From positions 62,126,001-62,190,000 of the forward strand of contig NC_045696.1 in the NCBI RefSeq assembly GCF_009834535.1: a stretch of DNA of 64,000 nucleotides. The letters run 5' to 3'. The stretch's first letter is position 1; each line of letters opens with the position of its first letter. Origin of the DNA: Camelus ferus (taxonomy: Eukaryota). The notes beneath the pieces are model-generated. The model ran no database searches. It was not told the DNA's origin and saw nothing but the letters and a program-made list of their open reading frames with translations. Below, one piece after another: positions 1 through 14,582 of this stretch. The position numbers and the translations under genes were made by a program.

Positions 1-3000
1 ATCCAAAGTTAGTAGGATGAAAGAAATGATAAAGATCAGAGAAGAAATAAATGAAGTTTACTTTTCCTAAAAGAAAATAGATAATAAAACTAATAGTTGG
101 TTCTTTGAAAAGATAAACAAAATTGACAAATCTTTAGCCAGACTCATCAAGAAAAAAAGGGAAAAGACACAAATAAATAAAATAAGAAATGAAAAAGAAG
201 TTACAACCAATAGTGCAGAAATATAAAGAATAAGCTACTATGAACAATAATATGGAAATAAAATGGACAACCTAGGAGAAATGAGAACGTCATAGAAATG
301 TAAAATCTCCAAGACTGAATCAGGAAGAAACAGAATATACGAACAGAACAATTACCAGTAATGAAAATGAACCAGTAATTTAAAAAACACCCAACAAACA
401 AAAATGCAGGACCAGACAGCTTCATGTATGAATTCTACCAAACTTTTAAGGAGGAATTAATGCCTATCTTTCTCAAACCATTCCCAAAAACTGTAGAGGA
501 AGGAATGCTTCTGAACTCATTCTATGAGCCCAGCACCCCCCGACACCAAAATCAGACAAGGACACAACAATAAAAGAAAATTACAGGCCAATATCACTGA
601 TGAACATAGGTCCAAAACCCCAACAAAATAGCAAAGTGAATTCAACATTACATTAAAAGGGTCATATACCATGATCAAGTGGGATTTATCTCAGAAACAA
701 AAAGTATTGTTCACTATCTGCAAATCAGTCAATGTGATACACCACATTAACAAACTGAAGAATAAAATTCGTATGATCATCTCAATAGATTCAGAAAAAG
801 CTTTTGACAAAATTCAACATCCATCTGTAACAAAATCTCTCAACAAAGTGATTACAGAGGGAACATACCTCAATATGATAAAGGCCACATATGACTAGCC
901 CACAGGTAACATCATAATCAGTGGTGAAAAGCTTTTCCTCTAAGATCAGGAACAAGACAAAAATTCCTGCTCTTGCCACTTTTATCCAATATAGTATTGG
1001 AAGTCCTAGCCATAGCAATCAGACATGAAAAAGAAAAGGAATTCAAATTGGAAAGGAAGTAAAACCATCATTGTTTGAAGATGACATGATATTGCATACA
1101 GAAAATCCTACAGATGCCACCAAAAAACTAGTACAAGTCATCAATGAATTTGGTAAAGTTTGAGAATACAAAATTAATACAGACATCTGCTGCATTTCTA
1201 TATACTAACAATGAACTATCAGAAATAGAAACAAAGAAAACAATCCTATTTACAATTGCATCAAAAAGAGTAATATATCTAGGAATAAATCTAACTAAGG
1301 ATGTAAAAAAGCCTGTACTTGGAAAACTAACACACTGATGAAAAATTGAGGATGAAACAAACAGATGGAAAGATATACCATGCTCATGGCCTGGAAGAAT
1401 TAATATTGTTAAAATGACCATACTACCCATGGCAATCTACAGATTCAATGCAATCCCTATCAAAATACCAATGGCATTTCTCAAAGAACTAGAACAAATA
1501 ATTGTAAAATCTTTATGGAAACATTAAAAACCCCAAATAGCCAAAAGAATCTTAAGAACAGAGAACAAACCTGGAGGTATCATGCTCCCCGATTTCAAAC
1601 TATACTACAAAGCTACAGTAAACGTAACAGTATGGAATTGGCACTAACAGCCACAAAAATCAATGAAACAGAACTGCGAGCCCAGAAATTATCCCACACT
1701 TATGGTCAATCCATCTATGACAAAGGAGACAAGAATATACAATGGGGAAAACACAATCTTTTCAATAAATGGTGTTGGGGAAATTGGACAGCTAAATGCA
1801 AAAGAATCAGATTGGTCTATGTTCTCATACCATATACAAAAATAAACTCAAAATGGATTGAAGACTTAGATGTAAGACTTGAAGCCATAAAAACCCTAGA
1901 AGAAAATATAGGCAATATGCTCTCTGACATCAGTCTCAGAAGTATTTTTTTGGAATGTCTTCTCAAGCAAGGGAAACAAAAGCAAAAATACATGGGACTA
2001 CATCAAACTAAAAAGCTTTTGCACAGCAAAGGAAACTATCAACAAAAGGCCACCTACTGGATGGGAGAAGGTATTTGCAAATGATACATTTGATAAGAAG
2101 TTAATGTCTAAAACATACAAAAAACTCATACAACTCAACTTCGAAAAAACAAACAACATGATTAAAAAATTGGTAGAGGACCGGAATAGACATTTTTCAA
2201 GAGAAGACATACAGATGCCCAACAGATACATGAAAAGATGCTCAACATAAGGGAAATGTAAATCAAAACCACAGTGAGTTAGTACCTCACACCTGTCAAA
2301 ATGGCTATTATTAAAATGACAACAAACAAGTGCTGGCAAGTATATGAAGAAAACGGAACCCTAGTACACTGTTGGTGGGAATGTACGTTGGTGCAGCCAC
2401 TGTGGAAAACAGTATGGAAGATTTCTCAAAAAATTAAAAATAGAGCTACCATATGATCCACTTCAGGTATTTCTCCAAAGAAAACAAAAAGCTAATTTGA
2501 AAAAATATATGCATTGCTATGTTCATTACACCTATTCACAACAGCCAAGATATGGAAGCCACTTAAGTGCCCACTAATAGATGAATAGGATAAAAATGTG
2601 GCATGTGTCTGTGTGTTTATATGTGTGTGTGACTGTGTATAATGGAATATTACTCAGCCATAAAAAAGAATGAAATCTTGCCATCTGCAACAACATGGAT
2701 GGAACTAGAGGGGATTATTGTAAGTGATATAAGTCAGACAAAAAAGACAAATACCATGAGATTTCACTTATATGTGGAATCTAAAACACAAATGAACAAA
2801 CATAATAAAACAAAAACAGACTCAGATACAGAGAACAAAGAAGTGGCTGCCAGAGTGTGGGGGGGGTGGTGGTGGTAATGAGTGAAATAGGTAAGGGAGA
2901 TAAGGAGATATAAACTTCCAGTTACAAAATGAGACACAGGGATGAAATGTGCAGAGTGGGGAATATAGTCAATAATAATGTACTATCTTTGTATGGTGAC

Positions 3001-3500
3001 AGATGGTTAACTAGGCTTATTGTAGTGATCATTTTATAACACACAGAAATATCAAATACTATATTGTGCACCAAGAACTAACATGGTGTTGTAGATCTGT
3101 TATACTTCAAAACAAACAAACAAACTCATAGAAAAAGATCCAATTTGTGATTACCAGAGGTGGCTGGTGGTGGGAGAAGGAATTAGATGAAGGTGGTCAA
3201 AAGGAACAAACTTCCAATTAAAGAATAAAGAAGTACTAGAGATGTATTGTACAAAATTTAACAGTACTGGTACACAATATATGAAAATTGTTAAGAGAGC
3301 AAATCCTAAGAGTTGTCATCTCAAGGAAAACATTATTTTCTTTTTCTTTTATTCTGTGTCTATATGAGATGATGGATGGTCACTAACCTTATTATGTAAT
3401 CATTTCATGATGTTCGTAAGTCAAATCATTATGCTGTACACCTTAAACTTATACAGTGCTGCATAACAATTATATTTCAATAAAACTGGAAGGAAAAAAA
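1..3500 (+). mobile_element. LINE-1, degenerate ORF2 plus 3' UTR, truncated by the window edge
   Basis: ORF fragments with L1 ORF2 motifs ([41 protein letters not shown]) broken by frameshifts and stops; AATAAA and A-tail at ~3479-3500. Confidence 0.95.
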
Positions 3501-3575
3501 CGATTAAATTCTACTGTCAAATAAAATGTTGAGTACTTAAAATTAAAACTAATGTTAAATCAAACACTATACTCA

Positions 3576-3679
3576 TTTTTTTTTAACTGAAGTACAGTCA
3601 GTTACAATGTGTCAATTTCTGGCATACAGCACAATGTCCCAGTCACGCATATATATACATATATTTGTTTTCATATTCG
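3576..3679 (-). mobile_element. Severely 5'-truncated L1 3' end
   Basis: Poly-T followed by aactgaagtacagtcagttacaatgtg, similar to the L1 end at 6345; TSD ctata(c/t)tcatt at 3567-3577 and 3680-3690. Confidence 0.8.
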
Positions 3680-4429
3680 CTATATTCATTCTTGATCAAG
3701 TTGCACTACCTTAACTGATTTCAACTAACTATAGAATTTCAGCTGCTTTCATAGCTGGAGAGACAATCAGAAAAAAAAAGGAACAAATTCAACTGTGACT
3801 ATATACAATTTTAAATAATGGGGCAAATCTGTATGCTGCAAACTGTACCATGAAACCTTATGTATATGGCCAAAGTAGAGACTATGATATGGAACTACAG
3901 GAGCATCAACAAATCAGCGCAATCTGTTTTGTGCTATAAATAATATGGCTATTATTCATCAAGTAGTTCTAAAGGGAAACCTAGCACCATCTCACCCATC
4001 CTAATCCGAACACAAGAAAAAAATGTGTAAGAGGAGCCCTGCTAAATGATACTGCTCATGGAAACAAAAAGACAAGCTATTATTTTAGAAAGAGGTAGAA
4101 CTGGGTTATTATTGCTTAGGTTTTATAGCTATATATTTAGATGTTTTAAAACTGCTCTTAAAACGCAAGTTCATGGAAGAAATAAAACTTTGTTATGAGT
4201 CTGAAACTCTAACTTAGTAAATCTAAATCCTTACTATTCATCAGAATCTAGTGCATTAGTCAGAAACACAAATTGCAGGCCCTTCGTGAATATCTGTTGA
4301 ATGAAAGACAGCAAATTATCTTCCATGGTCCTCATTTAAGGCTACATGATATGCAACGCACAGTTGATCCTAAACACGTGAAAACCTTTGTGCCGAATGA
4401 AACATCTTTTTAAGAACTTCCAAATGTTT

Positions 4430-5060
4430 CGACACAGAAGAAGCATGTGACAAACTCCAACATCCATTCATGATGACAACTCTCAACAAACTTGGAAAAT
4501 AAAGAAAATTCCTCAACCTGATAAAGGACACCTATAGAAAACCTACATCTGACGCCATGTTTAATGGTAAAAGACTGAATGTTTTCTCCATAAGATCCTT
4601 AAAACAAGTGAAGAACATACAATTTAGTCACTCCTATTCAAACTGTACTGGAGTTTTTAATCAGTGCAATCAGGCAAGAAACATAAAAGGTATCCAGATT
4701 GGAAAGGAAAAAGTAAAACTGCTTTTATTTGCAAATGACATGATCCTCCATGTAGAAAATCCTAAGAAATCTACACACACACACACACACACACAAAATC
4801 TATTAGAACTAATGAAGTTCAGTAAGGATGTAGACTAGAATAGCAATATACAAAAATTAATGTAACCTTTGTAACAATGAACAATCTGAAAATGATATTA
4901 AGAACATAATTCCATTAACATCAAAAAGCACTAAATATTTAGAAAAATTTTTAATAAGAGTACAATACACATACACTGAAAATTACAAAACATTATTAGT
5001 GTAAACTAAAGAAGATTTGAATGAGATACACTCCATATTCACAGATTGGAAGAACTATCA
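4430..5060 (+). mobile_element. Old L1 ORF2 (RT region) fragment with embedded (CA)n
   Basis: [27 protein letters not shown] is a degenerate L1 RT FADD region. Confidence 0.9.
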
Positions 5061-5189
5061 TGTATATAGGTAGCAACTATCATTTTTCAACTTCTTTTAC
5101 TTAAATATTTTAAAAACTGGATTAAAAAGTGTGTTCAATATATTCAATCATAAAGTGAAAATTATAACTTGAGTATATTATTTGAAAGA

Positions 5190-5550
5190 GATATCATATG
5201 ATATCACTTACATGTGGGCCCCCCCCCAAATGAGACAAATTCTATTTAAAAACCAAAAACAGACTCACAAACATAGAAAACCAACTATGGTTACCAAAGG
5301 GGAAAGGGCTGGGAGGCAAAAATTAGGGGTTGGGGATTAACAGACATACATTACTATACATAAAATAGATAAACAACAAGGACCTACTTTATAGCACAGG
5401 GAGTTATATTCAATTTCTTATAATAACATATAATGGAAAATAATCTGAAAATAAAATATACATATGTATGTATATGTATAACTGAATCACTTTGCTGTAT
5501 ACCTTTAACACTGTAAATCAACTACACTTCAATAAGAAATTTTTAAGAAA
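5190..5550 (+). mobile_element. L1 3' UTR fragment (artiodactyl-type)
   Basis: acagactcacaaacatagaaaa...ggttaccaaagggg...ataaacaacaaggacctac...gtaaatcaactacacttcaataa; homologous to copies at 20500 and 57225. Confidence 0.85.
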
Positions 5551-6328
5551 AGAGAACATTATTTGAGAAACATCATATTTACATAACCATTTAAATAGCT
5601 TTATATAAGCTTTAACAAGCCATAACTCTGATGCAGTTTGCAGAGGCTTCTCCATATTTAAAGAGATAAACCCATCACACATAAGAGGCAGAGCTCTGAT
5701 AAGCTATTTCTGTGGTAAACACATTGGCTTTTACTGTAAAAATTCTTTGAAACCATATCTTAAGAGGGTGTCCCAAAAAAACCAAAACAGATAAAAGCAG
5801 AGAAGCTCTGGCTGAGGGCCAATGAGTCTCATCATATGTTCTTATATATACTCCTGAACCAATCAACACATACATCTTTAAGTAATCCTAGAGTACCCAG
5901 AAATCATGTTTTTGAATAGTGTTCCCAAATGGTGCCATCTGAGTAAGATTCCTGGGTATTCAGACTAATTCAAGCCTAAGAATCTTTATTTTTAACAAGT
6001 TTCCTGTGTAATTCTTACACAGAGATAGGCTTACAAACATAGGTGATCCAATAAAAGAAAAGCACAGTTCTCAAACTGAACTGGTCCAAAATTTCAACAC
6101 AGAACACTTTCCTCAGAAAGGAGAAAACGGATGAAATGAGGACAAAATACCACCAAAAAAGTATATAAGATGAAATTAAGAGTACAGTCTTTACTGACTA
6201 AAGACCATACATTTGGAAATAATAGATGTTTAACCATAATCAATCCCATGTTGTCTGAATAAATGACTATACATTACTGTGATAAAATTCTAAACTGCCA
6301 TTGTAATACACACAAATAGACATACACC

Positions 6329-7828
6329 TTTTTTGATATATATTTTTTAATTGAAGTATAGTCAGTTTACAATGTTGTATCAATTTCTGGTGTACAGCAT
6401 AATGCTTCAGTCATACATGAACATACATATATTCGTCTTCATATTCTTTTTCACCGTAGTTACTATAAGATATTGAATATAGTTCCCTGTGCTATACAAT
6501 AGAAACTTGTTGTTTACCTATTTTTTATATATTAGTTAGTATCTGCAATTCTCCAACTCCCAATTTTTCCCTTCCCACTCCCTTCCTCCCCCAGTAACCA
6601 TAAGTTTGTTTTCTATGTCTGTGAGTCTGTTTCTGTTTTGTAAATAAGTTCGTTTGTCTCTCTCTCTCTCTTTTTTTTTAGATTCCACATATAAGTGATA
6701 TCATATGGTATTTTTCTTTCTCTTTCTGGCTTACTTCACTTAGAATAACAATTGACAGGTCTATCCATATTGCTGCAAGTGGCATTATTTTATTCTTTTT
6801 TATTGCTAAGTAGTATTCCATTGTATAAATATACCATAGCTTCTTTATTCAGTCATCTGTCGATGGACATTTAGGTCGTTCCCATGTCTTGGCTATTGTA
6901 TATACTGCTGCTATGAACACTGGGGTGCACATATCTTTTCAAATTAAGGTTCCCTCAGGATAATCCAAAAAGCATGGTACTGGTACAAAAACACATATGG
7001 ATCAATGGAACAGAACAGAGAGCCCAGAAATAAACCCACAAACTTTTGGTCAATCAATCTTTGACAAAGGAGGCAAGTACATACAATGGAGTAAAGACAG
7101 TCTCTTCAGTAAATGGTGTTGGGAAAACTGGACAGCTGCATGTAAATCAATGAAGTTAGAATACTCCCTCACACCATATACAAAAATAAACTCAAAATGG
7201 CTTAAAGACTTAAACATAAGACAAGACACTATAAACCTCTTAGAAGAAAATATTCACAAAACATTATCTGACTTAAATCTCAGCAATGTTCTCCTAGGCA
7301 AGCTACCCAAGCAAAGAAATAAAAGCAAAATTAAATAAATGGGACCTAATTAAACTTAAAAGCTTCTTACAGCAAAGGAAGCCATAAGCAAAACAAAAAG
7401 ACAACCTAAGGAATGGGAGAAAATATTTGCAAAAGATGAGACTGACAAGGGCTTAGTCTCCAGAATATACACAGCTCATACAACTTAAGAAAAAAACCCA
7501 ACAACCCAGTCCAAAAATGGGCAGAAGACCAAGCAATTCTCCAATGAAGACACACAAATGGCCAACAGGCACATGAAAAAAATGCTCAATATCGCTAATT
7601 ATCATACAAATGCAAATCAAAACTACAATGAGGTATCACCTCACACCAATCAGAATGGCCATCATTAAAAAGTCCACAAATGATAAATACTGGAGAAGCT
7701 GTGGAGAAAAGAGAATCCTCTTACACTGCTGGTGGAATGTAGTTTGGTACAGCCATTATGCAAAACAGTATGGAGATTCCTTAAAAAACTAAAAACAGAC
7801 TTACCATATGATCCAGTAATACCACTCC
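6329..7828 (-). mobile_element. 5'-inverted (twin-primed) L1: 3' end on minus strand 6329-6960, inverted ORF2 piece on plus strand 6961-7828
   Basis: Poly-T tail at left; ORF2 peptide [12 protein letters not shown] on the plus strand; the two halves are nearly contiguous in the L1 consensus. Confidence 0.88.
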
Positions 7829-7839
7829 ACTTTTTAGTT

Positions 7840-7984
7840 TAGTTTTTTTTTTTTTTTTTTTTTGAGGGAGGGAATTAGGTTTGTTTGTATATTTGTTCGT
7901 TTTTTAAATGGAGGTACTGGGGACTGAATCCAGGACCTAGTGAATGTTAAGCACGTACTCTACCACTGAACTATACTCTCCCCT
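7840..7984 (-). mobile_element. tRNA-derived camelid SINE (vic-1-like)
   Basis: Reverse complement of the element at 28469; poly-T tail. Confidence 0.85.
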
Positions 7985-7987
7985 CCT

Positions 7988-8145
7988 CAAGCTTTCTCTA
8001 TAAAGGATCAGATAGTAAATATCTTCAGCTTTGCAGCCCATATGGTCTCTGCTGCAACTACTCAAACTCTGCCTTTATAGCATGAAAACAGCCATGACAG
8101 TAAGTTAATGAATGTGACCTGATATGGCCCACTGGCTGACCCCTG
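7988..8145 (+). mobile_element. MER58-like hAT DNA-transposon relic
   Basis: taaaggatcagatagtaaatat...ggtctctg..gcaactactcaaactctgcc...gacccctg end. Confidence 0.75.
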
Positions 8146-10839
8146 ATCTAAAGCAAGGACTATACTAATCATCTTTGTTTTTCCGTTTCTATTTTACATA
8201 CAGTAGACTACTTCATATACAATAGGTACTCAAAAAACAAAACTTAAGGTAATCTTAAAAGTTATCTTTGCTAATCCCTTCATTTTATAGTGAAAAACCT
8301 AAAATTCAGAAGCCAAATTTTGCTCAATATCACCACTGTTTACACAGTGCTTCCTTTTAGTAAACATATGAAGATCTTACATCCATATTTAATACTGTTT
8401 AGAATTTCAAATAGATTAAATAACATAAGATAGTAAAGCAATGATTACTTTAGAAAAAGTATCTTTACCTGTAGAACTTATTTTTAGTTTACTTATAAGC
8501 TATGAATACAAACCCTCTGAATCACACAACCACATGGAATCAATGTAGCAACAACTTAAAGCTCACTATGTATAAGAAGCTATTAAGACTTTCATCCCAG
8601 GACCCAACTTTTTCTAAAAGCCAAAAAATGACAGCAGTAAACATATTTAATGGGAGTTAGCATGAAGTAACAAATATAATTTAACTACTATGTTGTCCGA
8701 ATAATATTTTAAATAGTTATATTCCAACCTAACAGTATATATACTTAAAAAAAACTTATACAGATTATTGAACATCTTTACACGGCAGTAAAACAATCAG
8801 GCAACAGTAGAGGGCAGCATTTCCATTCATTATTAAATGTCAACTTTCAAAAATCTAAGAAAACTGAAATCTCTACACTAGGACTTTCTTTTAAAAGGTC
8901 TCACATTCCTTTCAAAGCTGCTGGCTAACACACAATTTTAATACAACCTAGCACAAGTAAAAGTGCCCTGACATATAAATATGAACATTTAAACAAAAGA
9001 CATTTCTATTCATAACTCTTAAACTATTAAGCCAAAACAATTCAACACTTCTCTGGTGATTTATTACCTACCATTATCAGTTATCTACTTAAAACAAATA
9101 GTTGTTGAGTATCCACTGGAATCAAAGATAAATATTCCCACATACGGACAATCCTTTTACTTTATCCTTATTAGATGGTTACACATTAATCACTAAAAAA
9201 AGGATCATAGTTATTATAGTCATAAACTTTTGACAATCTGAGATTCAGGAAGCTGTCTCCAAAGACAGTATTAGCATAACTCTAAAACCCAAATTAAAAG
9301 CAACAAAAGAAGAGGTAGATAAAGCAGAAACAGGCATGTGTAGCAGTATCTTTAAATGTCATCCTTTTTCATTTTCCTTTTATTCCAAATTCCAGCTTGC
9401 CTTAATACAGAGCTGTACCTAAACAATCCACCATCCTTCATAAAGAAAGAGAACCAGTACAGTAGTCGTAAAAGGCAAGGAACAAGAATTATATAAAAGA
9501 GGGAAAACCAACAGTGTAAAGGCAGAGACAATGATTCAGAAAAGTCTGTTCTGTCCATCAAGAAGGCTACATATTTTATTACCATTTAATAAAAATTACT
9601 CAAAATATCTTCTAACATTACTTAAGTCTTACTATATAGTAGTCAACATTTGACACACTCGACAATTAATCTTTAACAATCCTGTAAAGTAGATACTATT
9701 ATTTCCCCAATTTTAGAGATGAGGAAACAAAACACAAAAGGAACAAGTGACTTGTCCAGGAATCAAGTGTTGGGACTAGAACCTCAAAGGTCTCCAGAGC
9801 CTAACTACTATCCTTTACTCTGCTCAGACTAAGCTGCACAATTTCCGTTGTGACTGCTGCAGAATGCAGACTCTAAAGAACTGTAAAAGCGAGAGAGTGA
9901 CAAAATGAGAGAAACAGAAACCTTAGTTATCCTCATTCATTTCAAAGTCCAATTGTAAAAGGATAAGCAGAAATAGGGTAGTACTTGAAAGCAACCTCTA
10001 CTATTCCAATTCAGTGGTTCCCAAATAAGGTGAACCCCAGGTGAACATTAATTGGATATTAAAAATTAACCAAAAAAAATGAAATAGTCAAGAAACTCAA
10101 TTGTTATAGGTAAGATCAGAAGCTACAATGAAACTTTCTAGATGTAAGTGGAGAACAATTCAGTGCAAACATGTTTAATATAAAATAGGGTACTTTAAAC
10201 TGGGAAAAGTGTCTGAAAGTGATTAAAGTTTAGAAACTGTGGCAATATTTATCAGAACATTAAAAATGTTCATATTTTTTATACTAGAAATTCTTCACCT
10301 AAAGAATCATGGTTACACTCAGAGATTAAGCATCAAGTACATCAGTTTTCAAAGAAAAAATAGAAATAATCCAAATGTTGACTGATTAAATAAATTATAA
10401 AACACACAACCAATGGAATCATTTAAAATGCTATAAGTGATAACATGTAAGGATTTCCAAAACATATTAAGTACAAATGATCTCACTGTTCTGCCAAGGC
10501 CTCCACCCTTCTCCAATTTCTCAGCCATGGCAAAGCCTACGAATTGATGATAACACTTTTCCTTCAGCCTGCTAGAATTCTCAATACAGCCCTCTAGGCA
10601 ACCAACACAAACCAGAAATAAACGTATTTCATTTAGTCAAAAGGCAATTTAAGTCAACTGGTAAACTTGGACAAAACTTATTAAACAGTATTATTAAATG
10701 AGTCTTTGATTAAACAAAAATCAGCTGATAAGAACTCTAAGAGATGAATTTAAAATCCTGCTCCTCAGGCTAGGGAATCAAAAAGATTACTGCCTATCCT
10801 TTTGTTGGCAGATTGTAAGAGTTGTTGGGAAGGTATGCA

Positions 10840-10958
10840 ACAGGATCCCCACAAATACCAAAATCCACAGATGTCAAGTTCCTTATATAAAATGGTGCAG
10901 TATAGACATTCCTCTGTATCCACAAATGCAGAACCTGAGAATATGGAGGGGCAACAGT
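10840..10958. mobile_element. MER2-like Tigger relic
   Basis: ataccaaaatccacagatg.caagttccttatataaaatgg ... gcagaacctgagaatatggagggg..cagta terminus. Confidence 0.7.
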
Positions 10959-10999
10959 ACTTATGTAGAGGATGTTCCCAATACTGAAACACTTTCTCA

Positions 11000-12480
11000 G
11001 ACCATATAAGTTGATTCTAAAGTCTATATGGAAAAACAAATGAGAAAGAATTGTCTTTTATTTTTTTAAAGAAAAAACTCAAGAACAGAGAATCAAAGAG
11101 AAAGAATAACTGTTTAGATGTTAAGGCATACTAAAAAGCTTCAGTAAAGTTCTTGAATGGACAGACCAAAGAAACAGAATTCAATGTCCAGAATAGACCC
11201 AAATACATACAGGAGTTTGTCAGAAAGTGGCATCTCAATTCAGTGGGGGTAAATACAGATTTTTTAATAAATGACTCTGGAACAAATGGGTAGCCACATG
11301 GAAAAATATTACACTAGTTCCACGACTAACACTATACATCAAGATAATCTTCAAATGGTCCTAAGATTTAAAAATGAAATCCTACATAAAGCACCAAAAG
11401 AGCCCTTGGGTGAATTCCTTGTAACATCTGGGTGGAATTCTTTGTAACTCTGGAATGTGAATGTGGAAGGTCTTACTAAGACTCAAAATTCATAAGCCAG
11501 AGAAGCAAAATGAAGAGACAAAAAACACCATAACAAGGTATGAGAAAAAAATCTTCAACTCATTTCATAGACAAAGGTTAAGCTGGTATATAGAGTTCCT
11601 AGAAATTGAGAAGAAAAAAACGAACAACCCAAAAGAAAAGCAGTATAAAATATAATAATATAATAAATTTTGCTTAAATATATGAGAAGTGCAAATTAAA
11701 ACTACCTTTGTACACCATTTCTCACCCAAGAAACTAACAAAAATATGAAAATTTGAAAATACATTCTGTTGACAAAGTTGCAGGGAAACAACCACTCTCA
11801 TGTCATGCATTGCTAGTGGTAATGCAAAATGGTACAACTCCAATGGAGAAGAATCTGGTTAATAGCTACCTAAATTATAGCCCATTTACTCTGTAAACCA
11901 GCAATCCCACATGATACAGATATACCTGCACAAATATAAAAATGATATATACAAGTTTTTTTTCACTAAAGCACCATTTACAGTAGTAAAGAGGTTAGAA
12001 AGAACTTTACTGCCTGGCAAAAATATATTTAGAACTTTTGAAAATTTGTCATTTTTCATATATACAGTATTAGGTCTGGATCCAACTTTCATCTTTGTCC
12101 AGCTAGAACCAGTTGTTACAGGTCATTTATTAAAAAGCCTATGTTTGGCTAAGGAAATCATGATATATCAACACAACTAAATATTGTTATTTCTGTAAAA
12201 AGGAACAAGAAAAAGCCATGTGCACTAAAATGGAGAGACTTTCAGGATATTACAAGTAAAACTATCAAGAGACAAAAGATTGCATAAATATAAAACACAC
12301 TATCTGTTGTATAAGGAAAGGGAGAAACAAAACATTCTTAATTCTTCTATAAGCATAAACAATGGAAAGAAATAGAAAATAAAAATAGTTTCCTATGGGG
12401 GCCAGGGAAAGAAGGGATAGAAGTGAGACACACCTATATAAATGTTTTAATGATTTTTGATTCTTGAGTTTATTTTGAAT
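11000..12480 (+). mobile_element. Ancient L1 (L1M-type) 3' fragments
   Basis: Degenerate ORF2-end motifs (gtgcaaattaaaactac, ccagcaatcccac, aaaatggtacaactc). Confidence 0.7.
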
Positions 12481-12827
12481 AATATTTGAGTTTACTACCC
12501 ACTGAAAAAATGTTTAAATAATTCAGGAGTAAACAAATGAAGGGTGGGCTGGTGTACAGGAATGGTTGTTACAGATCAATAATCTAAGTCTACTTAAATT
12601 AATTAAAATTCAGTTCCTCTAAACTAGCCATATTTCATGTGTTAGTGGATAGAAGAGTAAAGATGTACATTTCCATCACTGCATCAAGCTCTACTGGATA
12701 GTGCTTAAGTTGTTAGTCAACATTTTGCAGCCTATAGATGGAAGCCCTATAAAATGAAAAAGGATCGGACTTTGCCAAATTAAGTATAAGCCAAAAAACA
12801 AAAACAAAAACATTTTACATACACAAC

Positions 12828-12981
12828 CAGTCAACAAATCAGTCAAATATTTAAGTGAATAGTAGACAAGAAAATAGTAGACAGTCAACAAATCAGTCAA
12901 ATATTTAAGTGAATAGTAGACAAGAAAAGATACACAACCAGTCAACAAATCAGTCAAATATTTAAGTGAATAGTAGACAAG
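12828..12981. repeat. Three identical 43-bp direct repeats
   Basis: cagtcaacaaatcagtcaaatatttaagtgaatagtagacaag at 12828-12870, 12882-12924 and 12939-12981. Confidence 0.95.
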
Positions 12982-14469
12982 TAGACATCCCTACCATAAA
13001 CTAAGAAAGAGGTGGAAAACACTGGGAAGATGGGCCATTTTCTGGATCCTTTTGAATTCATAATAAATACTGAAAGATACATAAATTTTAGTGGCAATTT
13101 TCCAGGATATCAACATATAATAATATTCAAAATTGGACTTAAAATGCATTATAAAGTAAAATATTCATTTTTTTTTAATTTACAAATTTGGAACATCTGT
13201 GTCAAAGCTTCATTTGTTCAACAATTGTTCACTGAGTATCCACTCTGTGACACTCAGACACTTGGACAGGCATTGGGGATACTGAGAGAATAAAACAGTC
13301 TTATTTTGTAAAGTCTGTAGTCCACTGAAATAAGAATCACACAAATGGATGACATACTGTGTGCTACAAAGGAAAAGTAAAGTATACTTATAGAAGGATC
13401 TTATTTAATCTTGGGCCTTAAGAAACGCTTCCCTGAGGAAATAATCTAAATGCTAGAATCTGAAGCGTAAGATTTAGGGGCAAGGACTTGCAAACAGGAA
13501 ACCATTATGTATGAAGATCTCAAAGAAGGAACCACCTCACAAGAGTTGAAAAAAAAGACCTGTTAATAAAAATAATGAAAAAAAACCTGGTCTGCAACTC
13601 CTAAAACATATGTATGGGCAATTCCTTAAATGGAAGAGACTCCCCTAGACTGCACAGACTTCAAATATTGCCCTAACCGCATTTAGTATGGACCCAAGTT
13701 TTCACAAACAAGTTAAATAATAAAAATAATAACAACTGGTACTAAGTGAAAGAGAATCTCCTGAAATATGAAAGCTCCTCTTCTTCTTTCTAATAAGCTT
13801 AATCAAGAACACACAGGAAATTTTTTTTCTCTCCAGGTCTTTCTCCTGCCACCTAAACTTCTGCTAAATAACCCTAAAATGAATAGAGACAAAGAACATC
13901 CCTTTTCTACTTGATCAACAAACAGTATAACAAAAAATGGAGAAAGACATGATTCCACTGTAAGAAATTCTGGTTCAAAAGTAATGCAACTCCCTTTCTC
14001 AGAAGTTAACAGACAAGTGGGAAACCCCTATACTAAAGAGTATGAATGCCCTTAGCTGATGCTGCAGTTTACACATAATGCTTACTGCTAACAAAAGAAA
14101 ACATACTGTATACCACACTCCCAAATCACTCTTGTTGGACCCCATATACTTTAACTTAATTTTCCTACAGTAATAATGAGCCTGAAAAAACTGCACATCT
14201 CTGCCTGGCCCCCTAACAATATTAACTCCACCTCAGTTGACATATATTTACAAAGGAGCTAAGAACACAAGGAATTACAAACACAAAAACAAATATCTCT
14301 TAGAAAAACATTATGTGGAAAAGTACAAAATAAAATACTACATTCAAGCTGATTAAACTACATAAAGGTCTATGTAGGTATACTAATAGTAACTAGAAAT
14401 ACTGCCACAAGAGAAATGCTCATGAGGATCTTTTCCCCTGCAAAATATTTAAATTCAGAACAATATTTT

Positions 14470-14582
14470 AAAAAAAAATTATTATTATTTTTTCCCTTAA
14501 AGGGGGTACTGGGGAATGAACCTAGGACCTCATGCACACCAAGCACACACTCTACCACTGAATTATACCCCCTACCCTCCCC
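14470..14582 (-). mobile_element. vic-1-like SINE
   Basis: Homologous to the 28469 copy; TSD cagaac(a/t)atatttt at 14456-14469 and 14582-14595. Confidence 0.85.

Noticed and set aside
671..2878. RT-like ORFs as an active reverse transcriptase, retron or novel gene
   Set aside because: Frameshifted fragments of one decayed L1 ORF2.
12828..12981. CRISPR-like repeat-spacer array
   Set aside because: Mammalian intron, no cas genes, and the spacers are only 11-14 nt and copied from adjacent sequence.
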